Shown: positions 58,101 through 64,000 of the stretch, piece after piece
Numbering within the stretch: position 1 is the stretch's first letter
Layout: each line of letters begins with the position of its first letter
Assembly (NCBI GenBank): GCA_964035575.1
Contig: OZ037833.1
Span: 248,001-312,000, forward strand
Source of the DNA: Rhynchopus sp. YZ270_cl-10
Lineage: Eukaryota
DNA: 64,000 bases
Direction: 5' to 3'
Program-made: the position numbers and the translations under genes
Notes under the pieces: generated by a model
What the model saw: only the letters and a program-made list of their open reading frames with translations
What the model was told of the DNA's origin: nothing
Databases searched by the model: none

Positions 58101-59977
58101 ATGGCCTTGCCCTCACATGCTGCGCACGCACCGTCGTCCGGGTATCCATGGGCACACACTGGCAAGCCCGCCTGTGCTAGGTCACGTGGCGTCTGCTGTC
58201 CTAGCGCAATCACCTCGCATTTCGCCAGCTTCACCCGCAGACCCATCGCCAGGCTCCGCTCCTGCACCAGCTTCAACGCCCGTCCCACTGCTTCGGGTGG
58301 GCCCATGATGGTCCCGTCGTCCAGGTACCACAAGCTGGCATCAATCCCCGGCATCGCCTTCACCTCCTCCGTCAGTTCCTTGATCCCTAGGGAGAAAAGA
58401 AGCGGTCCTGCCGGGTCACCCTGCTGTGCCCCTCGTTGCGACTGGATGAGGTCGTCGCCGTGCAGGAGGGAAGTCGGCCTGCCGTAACACCACTCGATCC
58501 ATGGGGAGATGGTGGGGAGGTACTTTCGAGTAGCCGCGAGGAAGGTGGACCGGTGGATGCTGTTGAAAGCGTTTTCATAGTCCACGAGGACTATCACCTT
58601 GTTCTTCCCTAGGTTGCGTTTCACGTAATCCGCCACCACCATTGTAGCAGCCTCCAGTCCACCATCCACCGCCACCCCTACTTGGCGACCAGGGAGAAGC
58701 TTGTCCCGCGCCTGCGTCCGGACTGATCCCACTTCAATCTTGCTCACCACCCGACGAAGTGTGTTGCCTGCAGATATGGGGCGGACATCCGTTTCACCTT
58801 TCTTCAGGGCGACGAGCGTGGCTCCGGCAAGAAATTCTGCTGCCTCAGGTGGGGCCTGGCCTCTTCGCAATAGGTCCAGGACTAGCGTCATGAGGGGGAG
58901 GAGGTTGAGGTCAGGGTGTTTGACCATCCATTCCTTCAAATGGTCGCCCCTGAGACCGAATGGGCCTGGTGATGATCCCTTCGACATGCTCTTGATGGCC
59001 TTCAGGGCGTCGATGGGCTTCAGGGGTTCGAGGGCAACGTGCGCAGTGGTGTTTGCCACCTGTGGGGCCTCCTCCGGGTGCTTCGCCCTCAGCTTCGCTG
59101 TCGTCTCTATCGTAACGGGCGCAGTACCGCCTTTGTGGAGACGACTCATCCCTGCTGCGAGCCTACCGTTCCGGACTTCAGTGACACACGCTTTCTCCCT
59201 CTCCTCCTTCGTCGGCTCCTTCCGCTCCTTGCCCGGCCCACGCCCAGGAAGAGATCGAGTCGCTGCAGACCACATCGCCGCAATTTCCCCCTGCGACCAC
59301 TCCGTCACCTCCGCCTCCCGCTGTGCCACCACCTTCTTGCTGATGTTCGCACCTCCCCGTTTTCTGGACAACACGAGTTTTGCGAACATGCAAAGCCTCT
59401 TCCAGCTGTTCTCGTCGTTGCAGCCAGCTACGTCTTCCAACACCTTCGCGAACTCCACCGCCGCCGCCCGGTCAATCGCTTTGGGCACGGTGTCGTGGGT
59501 CGGGATGGGTGCTGCCGCGATCTCATACCAGTCCGGCATGTCGCGGTCGTCCACTTCCTGCGCCGGTGTGCGGATGGTGGGTGACGGGCGTGGCACCGCC
59601 TGTACCAGCCTCGAGCATTGCAGGCACGTCTCGTTCTTCGCTGCTCGGATGCCGTCACACACACCACATTGACCCAGGCCGAACTTCCGCAGAGTGTCGT
59701 GCGGAATGTGGTCTCCCTCTGCTAGGTGGCCAGCGATATGTGCGCGTAGCCCTGGACCGGATAAGGGGATGTCCCGGTGGAACCGGCTTCCCTGGCAACA
59801 CGGTACTGGGCAGTAGAGGAGGGGGGAGTCCCCTTCCAGTGGAGAAGTCGCGTCCTTCGTCATGCCGGGAATCGGAGACACCGCCAGCCGGGATGGGATG
59901 AGCTCTGCAATGGGGGCGGCATTGGCTAGTGCGGAAGCCTGTGCCGGGTCCATCTGCACCTGCTCGTAGTGTCCCAA
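55106..59977 (-). CDS. Retrotransposon polyprotein: Zn fingers - reverse transcriptase - CCHC + restriction-like endonuclease - OTU-like protease - Cys-rich finger - charged tail
   Basis: RT: GSSPGPFG, LVALKK..DVRPI, VDYENAFNS, GAQQGDP, WYLDDG. RLE: CRQC...HIFAC, RHNAVRD, KPADL, AIDVTV, K..KH, PFALETTGGFG. OTU-like: VGDCAFDAV, SWAD, AGHYSPL. Confidence 0.93.
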   Translation of the reverse strand: MGHYEQVQMDPAQASALANAAPIAELIPSRLAVSPIPGMTKDATSPLEGDSPLLYCPVPCCQGSRFHRDIPLSGPGLRAHIAGHLAEGDHIPHDTLRKFGLGQCGVCDGIRAAKNETCLQCSRLVQAVPRPSPTIRTPAQEVDDRDMPDWYEIAAAPIPTHDTVPKAIDRAAAVEFAKVLEDVAGCNDENSWKRLCMFAKLVLSRKRGGANISKKVVAQREAEVTEWSQGEIAAMWSAATRSLPGRGPGKERKEPTKEEREKACVTEVRNGRLAAGMSRLHKGGTAPVTIETTAKLRAKHPEEAPQVANTTAHVALEPLKPIDALKAIKSMSKGSSPGPFGLRGDHLKEWMVKHPDLNLLPLMTLVLDLLRRGQAPPEAAEFLAGATLVALKKGETDVRPISAGNTLRRVVSKIEVGSVRTQARDKLLPGRQVGVAVDGGLEAATMVVADYVKRNLGKNKVIVLVDYENAFNSIHRSTFLAATRKYLPTISPWIEWCYGRPTSLLHGDDLIQSQRGAQQGDPAGPLLFSLGIKELTEEVKAMPGIDASLWYLDDGTIMGPPEAVGRALKLVQERSLAMGLRVKLAKCEVIALGQQTPRDLAQAGLPVCAHGYPDDGACAACEGKAMKVQYGGFAFLGAPIGDDEFCESYMDKQVKEFAEQLRLLKDLKDVQVGLTLLRQCEGFARMVFYMRAIGHACTHQYLKEYDKEVDAALASLMGDTEGLLPEMARRQAALPCRAGGMGVRRIRDHWTAAAMGSRSGLHELCKVLDPEFQWDAEGWKETATEHNRHVAEADKVDPLVRPATPVRQRELSAGILEEQLRRLYLEGDAADRARMNSLSLPHAGAWLMAPPTWEHHIPPEQFQAVCRIRMHLPLFADGVQCRQCGQAMDARGDHIFACKMGGHRILRHNAVRDFVYSVANEAGLGPTLEPQHLVLGNKKPADLFLSTGVGESRGRAIDVTVWTPTCKSMVQGAAVAKGYTATKAEAAKRGKHQAACIAARITFTPFALETTGGFGPAASTIWTQMLRFAADRKLGSKQEMSRRWAWGMGTTLQRMIGKSAMDRGCLRGDTAGALRERIEVDVAPLPGEDEHFRLPPDHLPPIDYAPDDGLFDIDVSALNPEEPAEHPDPPPCPNPADGSATRPQTFHEELWNTLGMTVPTVTVPFTVGDCAFDAVRWLLREWRDISSGDLRKLAVTRVKQDRDLANSAEPTFGSWVRWMSVEGSPDTRSWADVTALAGLSRALQIVVAVERADSKTTFLRPAAAPRGAIALLHEGPVGAGHYSPLVVGAVARGMMMKMEPQIPPVEMQCMNTGTLSYMGDRQDRDGEMVTCEGCAAVFEDSIAHWFCSACPLKWCTNEACAGEGAKCAARRRRATTTPSTSTTSQGGSFYNNSNPAPPLAEVEIKEEELDEAFESSRMEMERRSNSNSNSNNNNNSNNNNDTNNDTNTDNNDDDVADTNHDTNMTENAAPTMTAMRTSFQQQKPSAILCELKEGSAKKGAWKEASARKRREQAEQRVAEKRAEKAAAKRRAPTAHPAGSDAPVEVASCARYGETVPASVDEWRRHFYPERGQKQGSTPLSPERALQDLQEWWEERQVSGDGRREKRETERFRNAKELLRRMAA

Positions 59978-60528
59978 TCAGCGATATCACCCTCACCTCC
60001 CGTGGCTTCTTCTTTTGTGTCTTCTTCTTCGACTGGCGTTCCCTGTTCACCACCACCATGGGGCACGCCCCCGGCTGCACAACCAGGATCGTCAACGACC
60101 ATGTCATGGCTATGTGGTGTAGCGTCAGCAGGTCACCCCAAGCGTCTCCTTCCACCCCTGCCACCCACGTGGAGAATTCAGCCTCCGTGTCGAAGTGTCT
60201 TCTGAGGCCGCGCTTCTTCTCGGTCGTCAACGCACTCCTGGCCAGCTCTTTGCGTTCGTTGGCTACGTCCAGGTAACTGCCCATCTTGCCCATGAGGGAG
60301 ACGTACATGCAGTTCCCTTGCATGTCGTTGGCGATGCGCTTCCCTCCATTGCGTTCTAGCAGCGCATCGACCTCCGCCTTGCCCAGTACATTGCCGTCAT
60401 CTGCCCCCCCACGCATCGCCCCTGGCTCCATTCGGACTGTCCCCTGCTTACGGCTCTGCCACCTCTCAGCACTCCTCTTGTAAATGAGAAAGAAGCGCCG
60501 GCTGCGTCTCCTCCAGTGCCTGCGGTAC
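59975..60528 (-). CDS. Upstream part of the retrotransposon ORF (N-terminal OTU-like domain), out of frame with the main ORF at ~59976
   Basis: MQGNCMYVSL...AWGDLLTL...ILVVQP...RVISLI, then GHYEQV in the main ORF frame. The frame is open upstream to the element E junction. Confidence 0.75.
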
Positions 60529-62070
60529 CAGGGTAGATCCTTATTTTCGCTAAAAACGCTAAAAATCCCAGATTTATTTTCGTTTTTTTCCTTTTTTTTT
60601 CTCTCCCGTTTTTGAAATTTTTCCGCGCAGGCCTGACGCTAACTTTCAGGTTTTTGGAAATCGTGGGGGTTGATGGTTTGTCCGCTCGCGCAGCGAGCGG
60701 AAAAATTGAGTGACGGTCTAAAAAAAAAAATCCAACAAGCAGGTTGGTACTGTACTGAGGCAGAATAGTGGTGTTTTTTTACACATCTCAGCTGTCGTAG
60801 AACTAAACCCCAGGGGATAATATAGGTTTTGGGGGTTTTCTCTGAAACTCGGTCGAGCCCAACCCAGCTCGTTAGGGCCTCCGGCGGAATGTGAGAATTC
60901 CGCGGTTATCCTACTGCGGAGTTCGGCACTGTATTGATATTTACACCAGGCACACGCAGTGACAGTATATTTACAAAAAGAAACGGCGGTCGTGGCACCC
61001 ATGGCGAAGCCACGGTACGCAACATTTCTGAACATGTTGCCATAAAACGGCACTGTCGTTGGTAATTTTCAACAGTTACCGTAAATTTTACTTCCAGATT
61101 TTGCTGAAACGAAAGTTTCTGGCGAAGCCACGGTACGCAACATTTCAAAAAATTGCGCTCAAAATTGCACATTTTTACTGCCAAACAGGGCTGCAAGCTT
61201 GCGCCGCAGGCGCACGGTACGCTACTTTTATTCTTTCGCATGCTTCCTTTTCCTTCGGCATTTGAACAATTAAATCACATTCTGGCTGTGACCCTTGTCG
61301 GACACTGCGCCCTCTGACAAGGGTAATACTTTCTAGAAACATTCTGAAAAAAAGTGGTAGTGCCCGGCATTAGCAAGAAAATTTTCAAAATTAAATAGGC
61401 ACCAGCAGTTTGGATAGGCGAGACCGCATTGGGTGAACCTCCGCGAGCGCAGCGAGCGGAAATTTTTTTTCGCAGTTTTTGGGCAAAGTTCAAAATCCCA
61501 CCAAAAATTAAGTGGGGATTTTCGACAACAATACTGGGGCCCCTATGGGTTTTTGGATTTTGGCCTAACAGTGTTGTGTTTCTGCATTGGTCCGGTTGAA
61601 GTCTTTATTACTGGATCTCATACTCCGTACAGGTGACCCATACCCGACCTTTAACACACACGCACTTCTTCGAAACCTCCACCCTCAGCACCAACCCTTT
61701 TACAATGGTCCGCTTTGCGGGTTTGTGGACATAGTAATTGTGTTCTTCAAAAATATGCTTCAAAATTGTCTTATGCAAGGTGACACTGACTCATTGGTCC
61801 TTGTCTTATGAAGTGAAGACAAATATTAAAGGGGCATTGGCGGGCCGAAGGCCAGCCAAAAAAACGGTAGCGAACTTTTACTTTTTTTCCTTTTGGTTTT
61901 CCCCTTATTTTGACTTTCCGGATCGATTGCGGACCGTGGTGGTGCCACTCTGTGGCTGGAAATTAGTAGGTAACCAAAAAAATGGGCCAGAGAAAAAAGG
62001 AAAAAAAAAAAGGAAAAAAAAATAAAAAATCTCGAATCCTTATTTTCACTTTCGCTAAGGATCTACCCTG
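60529..62070. mobile_element. Nested element E (1.5 kb; 15-bp TIR, 9-bp TSD) inserted in the 5' end of the retrotransposon
   Basis: ctgcggtac|cagggtagatcctta ... taaggatctaccctg|ctgcggtac. Confidence 0.92.
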
Positions 62071-62081
62071 CTGCGGTACCG

Positions 62082-62115
<34 letters not shown>

Positions 62116-62674
62116 AAAAATTGTTGGAATAGTGTAGCCACCTGTGCAAGCTCCACTGTGCTCGTGAAAACCTCAAAAGAAGTATTGCGCGCCGTGGCGG
62201 ACATTTCAACAATTGTGACATAAAAAGCAGGAGGCAACACGATTGGGTGAAGTTATCAATGTTACATCGACGAGGAAAGCTCCCCAGTTGCACTTTATGG
62301 CAGTGTGGCAGATCTCTTGCCCCAGCACCGGGAATCCTTCATGTGCCATCCGCCTTCACTATCAGGACGTCTGCTGAGAAGGAAGAGAAGGCGAACCGGA
62401 AGCTTCTACGGGAGGAAATTGCCAGTTTGGTGCCGGGCAAGCCACGAAGAGGAGTTGCAGTGGCAGAGGAGACAAGGTGGCAGAGTGTCAGGATGACGAC
62501 CTGTGCGCCTGGGAGGAGTGACATGTGTGAAGTCATCCACAATGGATTATGAGAAAAAAAATCAAAAAAAAAAAAGTTTTATTACGGGTGCGCAATATTA
62601 CGGGGCGCATAATTATGGGTAAATATTGGAGTTACCCATAATTATGCGCCCCCGTAATATAGCGCCGCACTGTG

Positions 62675-63311
62675 GGCAGAAATTCCCGATCGAAGTGACT
62701 GCTTGCATGCCTGTGAGGTCAACAGTCGACAACGATGTGCACTTATATAAGAAGCCGTCCCCGATCGAAGTGACTGCTTGTAGGCCTGAGAGGTCAACAG
62801 TCGACAACATTGTACAGTCAGTTAGGAACCGGCGCCCAATGGCGGTGACGAAGGGCAACTTTGATAGGTCCAGTATGGTGTCGCAGTGAGGAAGGGAAGT
62901 GTCACGAATGTCATCCACAATCGACACGCAACTGGAACCAATGCACGTTACTGCACTTCCCTCGAAGAAGTCATCAGGGATCGCAGTCACAACTTCTGCC
63001 TGCAGAAGCAAGGAAGCCACCTTCGGATCGGTCACCTCCTTCAACCTTTTATCTGTGATGTCGGTCTCACCCAGTGCGTGAAGTGCTGCTATGGCCTCGT
63101 ATTTCGTCGTTTTCGTCAGTACTACTTTGTCCCCAGCACTCAGTTCTGTGATGTCCTCCCCTTCCTCCTTCCCTCCGAAGCCCATACGAAAGCTGTCTTC
63201 GGCCAACCCCGTTGCTGTCGCCACCTTCCGACGCAGGGCCTCCGTTGTGTCATCCTCACCCACCTCGATCACATGCTCCGTTTCGTCATAGCCCTGTATC
63301 GTCACATCCAT
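62675..63311 (-). pseudogene. Ubl-LRR copy 5, 5' half
   Basis: ATG 63311 MDVTIQGY...; LRR broken at IGNFC by the TIR of element A. Seven repeats in total when rejoined. Confidence 0.88.
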
Positions 63312-64000
63312 TTTTTGTGTCTTTCTCTGCTTCTCTGTTTGTGGTGTTGTGGGATCAGGGAAGAAACAGGGAGCCCAACTCCCCCGCACGAAATCGCCAA
63401 CTAGTTGCTCTGTAACCGCACGCAGCCATGTGGCACTTTTGCTATGAAGATGTCCAGTCCAAAGGACTGTGTGCGATGGTGGGGTGGGGCGATTTGGGGA
63501 ATTCACAAAAAGTCAACCGTGCAAAATGACACCCGTGTCGCGTGTGTTTGCCTCGTTGTGAATTTTTGTGAATTTTTCTTGGAGAAAAAGTCCTCTTATC
63601 ACCTCAATGGTGTGTTCAATTTCTTTTTTTCAAAAGGCGACGAGGTTTGGAGAGGGTGGGTGAGTTACGTATTTTTAGTTTTTTGTCGTGTACTCCCTGT
63701 CGAGGGCACGTTGTGTATCTGCACCTTCACACCCACAACTCTCCCAAACAAAACGCTCTGCAACAACACAGCGCATAGGGAGTTGCTACCCAGTGGTCTT
63801 ACATCATGCAGAGCAATCAAAAGCCTCACAATCTGAAATGCCTCCTCCCCCTCCCATCTGAACTATACCACGGACCAGTCGGGTCAACTACGTCGTTTCG
63901 ACAGTTAAAAATCACGACAGGTGATCCAGCCCTTCCGAAGGTCCCCTTGCTCACCTCTTTCACGATTTAAGAAACCGCAGAAATGTTGAAAATAAATATC
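63312..64000. repeat. Upstream flank shared with Ubl-LRR copies 2 (13490-13886) and 3 (47035-47352)
   Basis: The caaaacgctctgcaacaacacagcgcatagggagttgct...aaatgcctcc block recurs in copies 2 and 3; the ...cggaccagtcgggtca... block recurs in copy 3. Confidence 0.9.

Larger units (their letters stand above)
54366..62083 (-). mobile_element. 5'-truncated CRE/SLACS-clade non-LTR retrotransposon inserted in a T-run of element A
   Basis: RT plus restriction-like endonuclease ORF; ~740-nt 3' UTR followed by A26 (T-run 54340-54365). The 5' end abuts A31 (T-run 62084-62114) once element E is removed. Confidence 0.88.
52386..62672. mobile_element. Outer non-autonomous TIR element A (CAGTG...CACTG, Tc1/mariner-like; ~0.7 kb before nested insertions)
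   Basis: TIR cagtgcggcgc.atattacggg.gcgcataattatgggtaa at both ends, each with an internal hairpin. Flanks are TA (left) and TG (right), an imperfect TA duplication. Confidence 0.85.

Noticed and set aside
59655..59974. C-terminal ~105 aa of ORF 59655-60431 as a real overlapping protein
   Set aside because: It is out-of-frame read-through past the frameshift; the OTU His motif continues in the main ORF frame.
50067..59977. Classical diversity-generating retroelement (RT next to variable repeats)
   Set aside because: The RT is a non-LTR CRE-type enzyme with its own endonuclease and poly-A tail, it arrived as a nested insertion, and no template repeat is in the window.
62115..62560. Transposase remnant inside element A
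   Set aside because: Short ORF fragments with no recognisable DDE or HTH motif; cannot be supported.

Overview
Eukaryotic nuclear DNA, most consistent with a euglenozoan such as a diplonemid. This is an inference from all genes lying on one strand, few short GT-AG introns, a CRE/SLACS-type retroelement, a multi-TM degenerate cyclase and a TSAPA-repeat surface protein. All recognisable genes are on the minus strand: a ~950-aa unknown running off the left edge, a secreted lipoxygenase-like gene with a 1-nt frameshift, a class III cyclase-like membrane protein, a 3-exon diacylglycerol kinase, an NZF zinc-finger protein with a possible Cys-His-Asp protease domain, a large extended-PHD protein, a CAP/SCP protein and a mucin-like CUB protein. 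Two features dominate. (1) Five copies of a ubiquitin-like + 25-aa BspA-type LRR gene, with a near-invariant Ubl head, variable repeat number and four hypervariable codons per repeat. (2) A 10.3-kb nested insertion splitting the fifth copy. It holds five non-autonomous TIR elements and a 5'-truncated CRE-clade non-LTR retrotransposon whose RT and restriction-like endonuclease core is flanked by two OTU-like cysteine protease domains. Intergenic DNA is rich in MITEs and simple satellites. No rRNA, tRNA or CRISPR array was recognised. All calls come from reading the sequence by eye, without database searches.
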